Source: Candidatus Diapherotrites archaeon CG08_land_8_20_14_0_20_30_16 (GTDB lineage: Archaea; Iainarchaeota; Iainarchaeia; Iainarchaeales; 0-14-0-20-30-16). Taken from it: 31,846 nucleotides of DNA. The notes beneath the pieces are model-generated. The model saw only the letters and a program-made list of their open reading frames with translations. It searched no databases and was not told the origin of the DNA. The first letter of the stretch is position 1; every line of letters begins with the position of its first letter. The stretch is from contig PEXK01000040.1 of NCBI GenBank assembly GCA_002779075.1, positions 1 through 31,846 of the forward strand. Reading direction: 5' to 3'. Positions 1-8,678 of the stretch are shown here, one piece after another. The translations under genes and the position numbers were made by a program.

Positions 1-1411
1 ATTTATCTAAAATAGGAATTATTGTTCTATCTAATTTTTGTGTTGTTGCATCTCTAAAACCAGCTAATTGTGTTGATAGATCTTCTATATCTTTTCTTAT
101 TTCTTCAGTATGTGCTCTGCCTTCTTCAGTTAGACCTTTTAATAATTCTTCAATTTCCTTTCCGAATAAATCTTGCGCCCTAGCATTTTGCTTTAATCTG
201 TCTACAATTTCTCCTAATTTCTTTTTGATTCTTACCATCTGTAGACCAAATCTCATTGTTAACCTGTTGTATAAATATTCATTTCCATTATTTACTGCTA
301 ATCTTACAACTTTAGTTAATAATTCTTCAAATTCGCCTTCTTTAAAGAATTTTTGCATTTTTGCTAATGAATCAACAATCCTTGCAACATCTTCTTTAAT
401 AGTAGTTGATGTTATTACTAATTTTTGAATTTCAATAAGTATTTTTTGAATTTCTATTTGAATTTCTGCTTGTCCAATTCTTTCAACTGGCACTTCAGTT
501 TCAACAGCTTCTTTTGGTTTCTTTGCTATTTTTGCTTGTTCAGAAAACAAACTTTCTAATTTGCTTTTCAATAGTTCCAATCTTCCTAAAGCAGGCACTT
601 TTCCTCTATATGGTGATTGTCTGTTTAATAGTCCATTAATTGCATTATATCTTTTTTGCAAAGTTTCTAATGTTTCTCTATCAGAACCGAATCTATCTAT
701 TTCTGTATTTATTCTACCTTCTAATTTAAATGTAATTTCAGATAAAAATCTACTTGCTGCTTCAATATTGCTTGCGTTATCGCCTTTTAATATTTCTGTA
801 ATTGTTTCGTTAATTAGTCGTAATAATTCTTCAGATGAATTCGCTTTTTGCAATTCTAGTCTTTTTTCTGTTAATCTTCTATTTACAGATTCTTGAGTGT
901 ATAATTTATCTGTTCCTCGCGTAGGTTCTGGTTTAACAGGTGTTTTTGCAGCATTAGGAACTGCTGCTGGTTTCTCTGTTCTTTCTTTTGTCTGTTCCTC
1001 TAATACCCTTCTTGCAGCTTCTTTTTCTTTTGCTCTTGCATATTGTTCTCTTGCAACTCTTTCAAAAATCCTTACTCTTTCTTCCAACCCGCTAATTTGT
1101 GCTTTTACAGCTTTTGGGTCTTTTGCTATTTTTAAGCTTCTTCGCAATTTTACTATTCCTTCTTTAGCTTGTTTTATTGATGAATTTAACCTATCGTTGT
1201 CCATGGCTTTTGCCTGTGCTAACAACCCTTCTTTTGCGCCTTCTAAAGCTCTCGCCCCTAATAACCTTCTTGCAACCAATTCTTTTCGTCTAGTTGCTTG
1301 AAAATCAGCTCTAAGTCTATCTGCTCTAGACCTATCAAAAGTGGTGTCCTCTGGACATTGTTTTTTATCTAATCGTTTAGGATCCATCTTTTCGGGACTT
1401 TTTGTTGGCAT
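1..1411 (-). CDS. Coiled-coil protein, N-terminal 470 codons only (C-terminus lies beyond the window start); absent from the supplied ORF track
   Basis: I checked every minus-strand codon in the frame set by the ATG at 1411..1409. There is no stop down to position 2. A GGTGA SD-like motif (complement of 1416..1420) lies 4 nt upstream, and an in-frame TAG lies upstream at 1429..1427. The product MPTKSPEKMDPKRL...LEERVRIFERVAREQYARAKEKEAAR... is Ala/Arg/Lys/Glu-rich and heptad-like. The + strand ORFs at 225..428, 561..896 and 897..1301 are low-complexity shadows of it. Confidence 0.75.
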   Translation of the reverse strand, partial: MPTKSPEKMDPKRLDKKQCPEDTTFDRSRADRLRADFQATRRKELVARRLLGARALEGAKEGLLAQAKAMDNDRLNSSIKQAKEGIVKLRRSLKIAKDPKAVKAQISGLEERVRIFERVAREQYARAKEKEAARRVLEEQTKERTEKPAAVPNAAKTPVKPEPTRGTDKLYTQESVNRRLTEKRLELQKANSSEELLRLINETITEILKGDNASNIEAASRFLSEITFKLEGRINTEIDRFGSDRETLETLQKRYNAINGLLNRQSPYRGKVPALGRLELLKSKLESLFSEQAKIAKKPKEAVETEVPVERIGQAEIQIEIQKILIEIQKLVITSTTIKEDVARIVDSLAKMQKFFKEGEFEELLTKVVRLAVNNGNEYLYNRLTMRFGLQMVRIKKKLGEIVDRLKQNARAQDLFGKEIEELLKGLTEEGRAHTEEIRKDIEDLSTQLAGFRDATTQKLDRTIIPILDK

Positions 1412-1494
1412 AAATTCACCTACTAACTATTTTATGATATGAAAGATATATAAATACTTTGCTTTCTTTATCACCTGTTGAGTTTAAATGTAAA

Positions 1495-2157
1495 TTACGA
1501 AAACAAACTTCCACTTAGGCTTTTTGATTTGCCACCTTTGCCTAAGACCAAAATTATGAAAAACACTGCTAAAATGATAATGTAAGGTGATTTGAGCATT
1601 TGAGTCATTGAACCACGAGTCAAATACAATAATAAAAATGTGCCCAAAATAACAAATAAAATTACTCTCGCTAAAGGGGACTTTAGGAAAAATGAAAAGG
1701 TCCTCCATTTTGATGGTCTTGGAACTATTTGCTGCTTTTCTTCTAAGGTTCTTTCTTCTTCTCTTTGTTGCTCTTTCATAAACCTTTTTTTTTCTTCTAA
1801 TTCTCTTCCTTCTATTAGTGTTAGACTTACACTAGAACTTCTTTGCTCTTCTGTTTTTTCTTGTTTATTTTTCGCAATTCTTTGCCTTTCTTTTTCTAAT
1901 TTTTTGTCTGCTAACTCTTTGTAATAAGTTAAAGTGTCTCTTGATATATTACCATTGTAATTAAGCAATCGTAAATCGCGCATTAAATTTTCATAAAGCC
2001 CTTCTTTATCAACCCTTAATTCATTAATCTTTCTTGTAAGATCTGTATGTAATTCTGGATCTTCAGCAAATTTTGCAGGTTCTGTCTTTATTTTAATAGG
2101 CTCTCGTCTTTCTATTTGGGGCTGCTGAATTTCCTTTCCTTTATTATATATTGGCAT
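1495..2157 (-). CDS. Coiled-coil protein with two C-terminal transmembrane helices (tail-anchored type), function unknown
   Basis: 220-aa ORF with an ATG start. It has a charged K/E/R-rich helical middle (KKLEKERQRIAKNKQEKTEEQR, EEKKRFMKEQQREEERTLEEKQQ). The C-terminus has hydrophobic stretches VILFVILGTFLLLYLT and YIIILAVFFIILVLG. No family recognised. Confidence 0.6.
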   Translation of the reverse strand: MPIYNKGKEIQQPQIERREPIKIKTEPAKFAEDPELHTDLTRKINELRVDKEGLYENLMRDLRLLNYNGNISRDTLTYYKELADKKLEKERQRIAKNKQEKTEEQRSSSVSLTLIEGRELEEKKRFMKEQQREEERTLEEKQQIVPRPSKWRTFSFFLKSPLARVILFVILGTFLLLYLTRGSMTQMLKSPYIIILAVFFIILVLGKGGKSKSLSGSLFS

Positions 2158-2179
2158 ATTACATATAAATACACTATTA

Positions 2180-2187
2180 TTTATATA
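2180..2187. promoter_or_regulatory. Candidate shared TATA box (TTTATATA) between divergent starts at 2157 (-) and 2210 (+)
   Basis: The octamer centre (2183.5) is 26.5 nt from each ATG. That matches the usual archaeal TATA-to-TSS distance if both mRNAs are leaderless. No SD motif precedes either ATG. Confidence 0.4.
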
Positions 2188-2209
2188 CTTTTTGTTATGT
2201 TATATAATC

Positions 2210-2923
2210 ATGGTACACAAATTCCAAGAAATCTTCATATTAAGTTTAAAATACTACTTTCAATTGTTTTATCTAGTACTTGGTTTTGGAATTATTCTAA
2301 TTGCATTGTTAAATACCTTGGCAGACATAAACTTTAGTCTGTATTTTGGCAATTTAACTTATTCGTTTTTGACTTTGTTATCTTTAGTTTACATTATTCC
2401 TACAATTGTTTTGGCTAGCGTAATAAATGCAATTTTTGTAACTCTTTTGATATTTTTAGTAAGAAAACATTTGTTACAAGAACATAGAAAAGTTTATGTT
2501 CTAGAATTTATCAAAAAACATGCAACATATTTGTTTCTTTTCTATTTGGTTTTATATTTTATACTTTTTATTGTTTATTTGGTTTTTGTTGATACTGCTG
2601 TTTCTTTTTTGATTCCTATTTTTACAACAATTATTTTGTTTTTGACATTTTATGCTAGCCAATCAATAATTATTGATGAAAAAAAAGCATTGTCTGGAAT
2701 TTCTTATTCTTTCTATTTCTTGAAACAAAATATAAGCAAAACTATATTTGTTATTTTGGTATTGACTTTAATCTATTTGATTATTGCTTTAATTTGTTTC
2801 TATTTCTCGTGGGGCTTCATAGCATCATTAATACTTTACACTATCTTTTTATATCCTCTTTCAGAAATAATAAAAACAACTATCTATTTAACAAAATTTG
2901 AGATATTTAAAAGTTATTTATAG
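2210..2923 (+). CDS. Polytopic membrane protein, function unknown
   Basis: The ORF track begins at TTG 2192. The first ATG is at 2210 (MVHKFQEIF...). The sequence is almost entirely hydrophobic, with about 6 predicted TM segments rich in F/I/L/Y. Its 3' end overlaps the topA 3' end convergently by 17 nt. Confidence 0.55.
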   Translation: MVHKFQEIFILSLKYYFQLFYLVLGFGIILIALLNTLADINFSLYFGNLTYSFLTLLSLVYIIPTIVLASVINAIFVTLLIFLVRKHLLQEHRKVYVLEFIKKHATYLFLFYLVLYFILFIVYLVFVDTAVSFLIPIFTTIILFLTFYASQSIIIDEKKALSGISYSFYFLKQNISKTIFVILVLTLIYLIIALICFYFSWGFIASLILYTIFLYPLSEIIKTTIYLTKFEIFKSYL

Positions 2924-5099
2924 TTTGGTTTTCTTTTTCTTTCTTTAGTTTTGGTGTTTTAATTGATGCTTTTGGTTTTATTATATTTGCTTTTTGTAAA
3001 TTTATTTCTGTTCCTTTTTTCTCATTTCTTGCTTCTTCTTTGTTCAAAGAAGAATTGGATAGATCTTTTTTTGAAAAAGAATTTTGATAATCTTTATTTG
3101 TGCTACAACTAGGATTAATGCAAAATTCGACAGGATCTTTCTTTAGGGGCTGTTTTAATTGTATTAATGGTGCCTTACACAGTTCGCAAACCTTGTTTGT
3201 GAAGGTGATTTCGCCTTTTTGTGGCAAAGGATAACTTTGTGTACATTTTGGAAATTGAGAACAACCAACAAATATTTTTCCTAACTTTGATGTTCTTTTA
3301 ACTAGGTTTGCATTACATCTCTGACATTTACCGACAACATTTGCCTGTTGGTGTGTTGCTCTTATAGTTGTTGATATTTCTTTTTTATTTTTGTAAAGGG
3401 TATCTAAAATTTCTAATAACATTTTTTTAGAATCTTCAACGACTTTGTCTTTTGTCAGGTCGCCTTCTTCTATCTGATTCATTTCATCTTCTAATTTTGC
3501 AGTCATTTCTGGCGACACAATGTGTTTTGCATAATCTTCTAATGTTTTTACTACTGTTTTTGCCATATTGCTCGGCTTGATTTGCTTTTTCCCAGAAATA
3601 TAATCTCTGCTATATAATTTTTGCAAAATTGCAGGTCTTGTAGATTTCGTTCCCAAATTCAATTTTTCCATTAGTTTGATTAGTGTACCTTGTGAATATC
3701 TTACGGGGGGTTGTGTTTTTTTAGACAACAATTCTTTGTTTGTTATAGGCAAGATCTCGCCAATAACTAATTCTGGCAGAACTGCTTCTTTTTGATTAGT
3801 ATAAGGATAAATATCTAACCAGCCTCTATCAATAAAAATTAGGCCTTTTGAAATAAATACTTCCCCATTAACATCGAACTCCGCGTTTGTTGTTAATGCT
3901 TTTGCATCTTTGTATAAAGTTGCTAAAAAATGACCGACAATTAGTTTGTACACTTTCCAATCTTCTGGATGTAATTTTTCTTTTGGCGCTAAAGTTACTG
4001 GGTGAACTGGCGGATGATCTTTTGTTGTAACTCCTTTGGAAGGAGTTATTTTTTCTTGTTTTAATATTTTGTCAATTGCTTTATCAAATTCTGATCCTCT
4101 CAAATTAACCAATATTTTATCGATGTTTACCCCTACGTATGTTTGATTATCTGTTCTTGGATAACTAATGTATCCCCGCATGTAAAGATTTTCCGCAATT
4201 TCCATTGCTTTCATAGCATCAACATTTAGATTTGCAGCAAAACGCAAAAAATCAGTAGTGTTAAGAGGCACTGGCCTCTTTATTGCCATTTCTTTTTTTT
4301 CTAAATTGATTACTTTTGCTTTCTGCCCTATATTGGAAAATATTTTTTCTGCTTCTGCTTTGTTTAAAATTCTTCTTTTTTTGTATTCTGCTTCAAATTT
4401 TGTTTTTTGTTTTTCTAACTCTAGTTTTATTTCCCAATAAGGGCTTGATTTAAAATTTTCAATTTCTAATTCCCTTTCGACAATTTTTGCCAAAGTTGGG
4501 CTTTGCACTCTTCCAACACTCAAAAAATCTTTGCCAACTAAACCTGTGCTAGTACTTAAAAACCGTGTTAAAATTGCACCCCAGTACAAATCTATTTCTC
4601 TTCTTGAATCTGCAGCGTCAGCAAGTTTTTCATTTAAAGGAATTAATTTGCTGAATGCATTATTCATTTCATCAGAAGTTATTGCTGAAAAATATGCTCT
4701 TTCTACTTTCGTTTTGGATTTTTTAGCTAAAATTATTTTTACTGCTTCTCTTCCTATTGATTCCCCTTCCCTATCAGCATCTGTTGCAATTATTAATCGT
4801 TTAGCTTCTGTTTCATTCAAGCTTCTAACAATTCCTGGTTGTGTTGTTTTGTAAAATAATGCATCGCTTTTAATAATGTTTTTTAAATCAGTATACCAAC
4901 TAGAATATTCCTTTTTGAAATCAACATCTGTTATGTGTCCTTTCAAAGGAATTAAAATACACCTCCCTAAAAAAGAGGTATCAAATTCAAAAGTAGTTTG
5001 CCATTTTTCTCTGTTTGTTTTCATTTTTCCATCAGATAAAATTTGTGCAATGCTTTGTCCAGCAATAGGTTTTTCTGAAATAATTATAGTATCATACAT
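2907..5099 (-). CDS. topA: Type IA DNA topoisomerase (TopA/Topo III-like) with C-terminal zinc ribbons
   Basis: Toprim motif IIATDADREGESIG. Active-site region GYISYPRTDNQ. C-terminal Cys4 ribbons (CQRCNANL...GCSQFPKC; CELCKAPL...CINPSC) followed by a Lys-rich tail. The ORF track starts at GTG 5108, but ATG 5099 (MYDTIIISEKP) fits Toprim N-termini better. Confidence 0.9.
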   Translation of the reverse strand: MYDTIIISEKPIAGQSIAQILSDGKMKTNREKWQTTFEFDTSFLGRCILIPLKGHITDVDFKKEYSSWYTDLKNIIKSDALFYKTTQPGIVRSLNETEAKRLIIATDADREGESIGREAVKIILAKKSKTKVERAYFSAITSDEMNNAFSKLIPLNEKLADAADSRREIDLYWGAILTRFLSTSTGLVGKDFLSVGRVQSPTLAKIVERELEIENFKSSPYWEIKLELEKQKTKFEAEYKKRRILNKAEAEKIFSNIGQKAKVINLEKKEMAIKRPVPLNTTDFLRFAANLNVDAMKAMEIAENLYMRGYISYPRTDNQTYVGVNIDKILVNLRGSEFDKAIDKILKQEKITPSKGVTTKDHPPVHPVTLAPKEKLHPEDWKVYKLIVGHFLATLYKDAKALTTNAEFDVNGEVFISKGLIFIDRGWLDIYPYTNQKEAVLPELVIGEILPITNKELLSKKTQPPVRYSQGTLIKLMEKLNLGTKSTRPAILQKLYSRDYISGKKQIKPSNMAKTVVKTLEDYAKHIVSPEMTAKLEDEMNQIEEGDLTKDKVVEDSKKMLLEILDTLYKNKKEISTTIRATHQQANVVGKCQRCNANLVKRTSKLGKIFVGCSQFPKCTQSYPLPQKGEITFTNKVCELCKAPLIQLKQPLKKDPVEFCINPSCSTNKDYQNSFSKKDLSNSSLNKEEARNEKKGTEINLQKANIIKPKASIKTPKLKKEKENQTINNF

Positions 5100-5117
5100 T
5101 TTAATCACATCTAAAAT
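5091..5117. repeat. Copy 1 of a 27-nt direct repeat (covers the topA start codon)
   Basis: ATCATACATTTTAATCACATCTAAAAT at 5091..5117 matches ATCATACATTTTAATCACATTTAAAAT at 5176..5202 at 26 of 27 positions. Confidence 0.85.
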
Positions 5118-5175
5118 GATGATACATCTATTTGAAGTTTGAACTTTTTATTTGTTCCATAACTTTAAACTGGGC

Positions 5176-5202
5176 ATCATACATTTTAATCACATTTAAA
5201 AT
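5176..5202. repeat. Copy 2 of the 27-nt direct repeat, 85 nt upstream of copy 1 relative to topA
   Basis: See copy 1. On the minus strand this copy supplies an identical ATGTATGAT start context that opens an 18-codon ORF (5128..5184). Confidence 0.85.
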
Positions 5203-5272
5203 AAAGTGGGCAATAGTTTACAACACATAATCAACATATAATTTTGACATATAAATTGTCCTGTTTTGTGTA

Positions 5273-5746
5273 TTAATGATAGTAGATTTGAAGACTTGAT
5301 TTGGGAATTGTATTTTTGTCGAACATTTTTTTTGTAATTATTAATATGTTGAAGTCTGTTACTTCTTGCAGTTTTGCAATTGTTTTATCCAAAACATCAA
5401 ATTGCGAAAAATCTTTCAACAAAAAAGAAAAAACAATATTGTAGTTTCCAACTGTTTTGTATGCTGATTTTACAAAATCATTTTCCTGCAATATACTCAC
5501 ATTTTTATCAACAGCCAAAGGATTACTTTTAAGGAAAACTAATAATTCCCCTTCTATCCCTAAAATTTTGTAATCTAATTCTACACTGATCTTTTTTATT
5601 ATTCCTTTGCCTTGAAGATGTTCAAATCTTTTCTTTACTGCAACATCTGTAATATTCAACTCTCTGGCAATCTCTGAAAAGGAAACTCTTCCATTATCCA
5701 TAAGCTTTGCTAAAATCTTATAATCATATTGATCCAATACTTGCAT
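5273..5746 (-). CDS. Lrp/AsnC-family transcriptional regulator
   Basis: The N-terminal HTH (DQYDYKILAKLMDNGRVSFSEIARELNITDVAVKKRFEHLQGKGIIK) and a C-terminal RAM-like alpha/beta domain are typical of Lrp/AsnC. The ORF track starts at TTG 5776; ATG 5746 (MQVLDQYDYKIL) is preferred. Confidence 0.85.
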   Translation of the reverse strand: MQVLDQYDYKILAKLMDNGRVSFSEIARELNITDVAVKKRFEHLQGKGIIKKISVELDYKILGIEGELLVFLKSNPLAVDKNVSILQENDFVKSAYKTVGNYNIVFSFLLKDFSQFDVLDKTIAKLQEVTDFNILIITKKMFDKNTIPKSSLQIYYH

Positions 5747-5819
5747 AACATCACCACGAGTTAAAAAATCAAACAAAATAAGGGCTAGTATTTAATTAAA
5801 TAAACAAAAAGCATATAAA

Positions 5820-7376
5820 TTAAATGTTTTTGCTAACATAATAATTATCTCTGAAATATCCTAATTTATAATAATATCCTCTTACCCCTAAACCTGCCAG
5901 TACACTTATTTTGTTATAATTATTCTGTTTAGCCACTGTTTCTGCATTTTTTAAAAGAAGTTTTCCTATGCCTTGGTGTTGCCCTTGCCCAATGTTTTGT
6001 GATTTTTTGTTTACTGGCACAATTCTGCCATAAACATGTAATTCTCTAACCAATGCGCTTTCTTTTATTTCTTTAATAAAGGGTTTGTGCGGAAATCTTA
6101 AACGTAAAAACCCTAATATTTGATCTCTATTTTCAGATTCATATGAAATAAAATATTCTATGCCTTTTGATGCTTTGTAATTCTCAATAAAAACCTTGTA
6201 TTTATCTATTTTGCTTTTTGTGAATCCTAGTTGCCTCGATCGTATCTCTTTTAACTTCACATTATTTTTTGTACAGTAATTCAAAACTTGTTCCCGCATA
6301 TTAGATAATTTTGGGCCATCACTTATTCTTGTTATGGGGATATCTCTTTGAATTCGCATAATTCTGTTCCAATATGGGACCTTTGGATAAAATCTTATCA
6401 AAAAATCAAAAAGATCTTTGTCATTATATGGTTTGAATTTATTTTGTTTCCAAAGACTGTACAATTTGGTGTTGGGCATAACTAATGCAGGATATATTTT
6501 TAGCATATCTGGTTTATATTTTTCATCTGTAAATAATTTTGAAAACATCTTCACATCTTTTGAAGGGGTAGAAAAAAGGCCAGGCATTATGTGATATAAA
6601 ACTTTTAACCCTGAATCTTTTAATAATCGTGTTGCTTTTACAACATCATTTAATGTGTGGCATCTATTTGTCAACACATATATTTTATTTGATGGGCTCT
6701 GAACGCCTACCTCTACTCTTGTTGTTCCTAAATTTAACAACTTTTTTATGTCTTTTTCAGCGCACATATCTGGCCTAGTTTCGATTGTCAAACCAACGGG
6801 CCTATATTTACTTTTTTCAACATTTAATTTTGCTTCTCCAAAAGTATTTGATTGTTTATTGCTCAAAGCGTCATAAATCTTTTTTACAAATCTGCATTGA
6901 TAAGAATAAGGTTGTGCGTTAAATGTGCCCCCCATAATAATTAATTCTATTTTTGAAACATCGTGTCCAACATTTTCTAACTGTTCTATACGATTCTTAG
7001 TTTGCTTATAAGGATCAAATTTATTTGCTATTGCTCTCATTGTTGCAGGCTCAAAACCAGTATAGCTTTGGGGCACATTTTGGCCTATACCCCCAGGGCA
7101 ATAAATACATTTTCCGTGGGGACATTTGTTAGGTTTAGCCATAACTGCAACAACATTTACTCCTGATAACGCCCTAACATCTTTAACAGACAGTCGCCCC
7201 ATAATTTGGGGTTTGTCTTTTGGTTTTACATAAGGAAGGATTTCTGAATTCAGAGGTATTTTTTTTATCTTGTATTTTGCTGCGAGTTCTATTTTTTTGT
7301 TATTTATGTTATCTAAAGTAGGGTTCTCTGCTAAAATGTATTTAATTAGTTCTTTTGATAATCTTTTTATAGACAT
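5820..7376 (-). CDS. elp3: Elp3-type tRNA U34 modification enzyme (radical SAM + GNAT acetyltransferase)
   Basis: Radical-SAM Cys triad CPHGKCIYCPGG (C-x4-C-x2-C). Long radical-SAM core. C-terminal GNAT motif QHQGIGKLLL. ATG at 7376; the ORF track TTG is at 7385. Confidence 0.9.
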   Translation of the reverse strand: MSIKRLSKELIKYILAENPTLDNINNKKIELAAKYKIKKIPLNSEILPYVKPKDKPQIMGRLSVKDVRALSGVNVVAVMAKPNKCPHGKCIYCPGGIGQNVPQSYTGFEPATMRAIANKFDPYKQTKNRIEQLENVGHDVSKIELIIMGGTFNAQPYSYQCRFVKKIYDALSNKQSNTFGEAKLNVEKSKYRPVGLTIETRPDMCAEKDIKKLLNLGTTRVEVGVQSPSNKIYVLTNRCHTLNDVVKATRLLKDSGLKVLYHIMPGLFSTPSKDVKMFSKLFTDEKYKPDMLKIYPALVMPNTKLYSLWKQNKFKPYNDKDLFDFLIRFYPKVPYWNRIMRIQRDIPITRISDGPKLSNMREQVLNYCTKNNVKLKEIRSRQLGFTKSKIDKYKVFIENYKASKGIEYFISYESENRDQILGFLRLRFPHKPFIKEIKESALVRELHVYGRIVPVNKKSQNIGQGQHQGIGKLLLKNAETVAKQNNYNKISVLAGLGVRGYYYKLGYFRDNYYVSKNI

Positions 7377-7435
7377 ATTCACCAATTTATTAATATAGAT
7401 CCAAAAATATTAAAATAACTAGTTATTTTATTAAG

Positions 7436-8185
7436 TTAAGCCAAAAGAGAAATAAAATAAACTATTGATGAATACAATCCCAAAAGAGGATTTGTTGGAA
7501 AATAAGATTTTGTTGGCAAAGCAAAAAAGTCCTTTAATTCTCGCTTAATAAAAACTGTTTGTTGTGCAACTTTTCTTGAGTCATCTGTGCCGTCAACACT
7601 TACATAAAAAACCAAATCATAATACCCTGGATTTTTAGGAAAGAAGTATGTTTCATATTCTGCTTTTGTTTTTGGTTCTAATACAAAATCTATTGGCAAA
7701 AATACATCTTCTGGAAAATTAGTAGTTATTTTGCCCGATAATTTTAAATCGGAATTGTTTACGATCATTATTTTTGCATTTGTTTTTTCAAAGAATTTTG
7801 CTTCTGTTGGCAAAAAGATTAAAACAGACAAAGAATCGTTTGAATTGGATAATATAATTGTGTTTTTCAATTCTTCTACAGATCCTTTCAAATGATAATT
7901 TATTGTTATTTTTCCTGATTTTGAATTGCCAGCAACAACATCAAAAACATAATATGGCCCAGATGTTTTTATTGTACCACAGCTAACATCTTTGCAATCT
8001 AAGGAATCAACAAATACTTGCGTTCCTGATTCCACTTTTAGAAAGCCAACAGTAGTATTTAGACCAGGATATAATGCTAAAACTTTACTATCATATGATC
8101 CTGGTTGAATGATATCAAGACTGGTTACTATCCCTAAAAGTAAAAACAAACCAAAAAAAATGCCAAAAAGCTTACAAATCTGCAT
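7436..8185 (-). CDS. Secreted or surface-anchored protein, function unknown
   Basis: N-terminal signal-like segment MQICKLFGIFFGLFLLLGIVTS. The body looks beta-rich. The C-terminal hydrophobic anchor is LLGLYSSIVYFISLLA, preceded by PTNP. A TTTAAAAA TATA-like element lies about 28 nt upstream of the ATG. Confidence 0.55.
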   Translation of the reverse strand: MQICKLFGIFFGLFLLLGIVTSLDIIQPGSYDSKVLALYPGLNTTVGFLKVESGTQVFVDSLDCKDVSCGTIKTSGPYYVFDVVAGNSKSGKITINYHLKGSVEELKNTIILSNSNDSLSVLIFLPTEAKFFEKTNAKIMIVNNSDLKLSGKITTNFPEDVFLPIDFVLEPKTKAEYETYFFPKNPGYYDLVFYVSVDGTDDSRKVAQQTVFIKRELKDFFALPTKSYFPTNPLLGLYSSIVYFISLLA

Positions 8186-8263
8186 ATTTATATAATACTG
8201 GTTGTGTTTTTAAACTTTTGGTTATACATATATTATATATAATATCTATTAAGGTGAATTTAT

Positions 8264-8614
8264 ATGGTCACATTAATTTGTAGTTTAAGTAGGGGTAAAG
8301 GAAGTTGGGGCCACGTTACAAGAATGATTACTGATTACAATTGGGACAAAATTGTTTTGATAACCAATGAATGGTGTAAGCAAAATTTCGCCCCAACTAA
8401 AGAAATCTCATGGATTATGATAAACAGAAACATGGGTTATGAACTAATGAAAAAAACAATTAAAGATGGTTTGCCTGAAGCAAAAGAAGTAGCATTTAAT
8501 ATGATTTCTGGTGACGGCAAAGAACATATGGCATCAATGCAAGCAATTAGAGAAACGTATCCAGACCATTACAAATTAGCAATATTAACAAAAGATGGTT
8601 TGAAATATTATTAA
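8264..8614 (+). CDS. Small hypothetical protein (116 aa)
   Basis: AGGTGA SD at 8252..8257, 6 nt before the ATG. The alternating beta/alpha pattern with an early Gly loop (LICSLSRGKGSWGHV) suggests a small Rossmann-like fold. No family recognised. Confidence 0.5.
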   Translation: MVTLICSLSRGKGSWGHVTRMITDYNWDKIVLITNEWCKQNFAPTKEISWIMINRNMGYELMKKTIKDGLPEAKEVAFNMISGDGKEHMASMQAIRETYPDHYKLAILTKDGLKYY

Positions 8615-8678
8615 ATTTAATTTGGTTCAAAAAATAATATTTTAGGGCAGTGAATTCTTTTCTATTTTAGTTATATAA

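Noticed and set aside
225-1301. Plus-strand ORFs at 225..428, 561..896 and 897..1301 in the ORF track
   Set aside because: Their products are low-complexity S/L/F/N-rich sequence starting at TTG or GTG. The minus strand carries an uninterrupted 470-codon frame with an SD and an ATG, so these are antisense shadows.
1484-2337. ORFs at 1484..1708 (-), 1640..1924 (+) and 2116..2337 (+)
   Set aside because: They overlap the better-supported 1495..2157 gene or the promoter region in other frames, have hydrophobic low-complexity products, and show no start signals.
3010-3060. Similar K/E-rich peptide and nucleotide stretch in the topA tail (KEEARNEKKGTE) and the ABCE1 insert (KEETRNEKKNQE, about 12505..12545)
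   Set aside because: It is a short, purine-rich, low-complexity sequence in an AT-rich genome. The similarity is most simply compositional and is not evidence of a shared mobile cassette.
5115-5122. AATGATGA resembling a C box of a C/D-box sRNA in the topA upstream spacer
   Set aside because: No CTGA D box (or D'/C' boxes) lies at the expected 45-65 nt distance on either strand, and the flanks lack terminal complementarity.
4258-5142. Plus-strand ORFs inside topA (4258..4440, 4531..4854, 4876..5142)
   Set aside because: They are antisense to a gene with unmistakable Toprim and topo-IA motifs. Such ORFs are a typical AT-rich antisense artefact.
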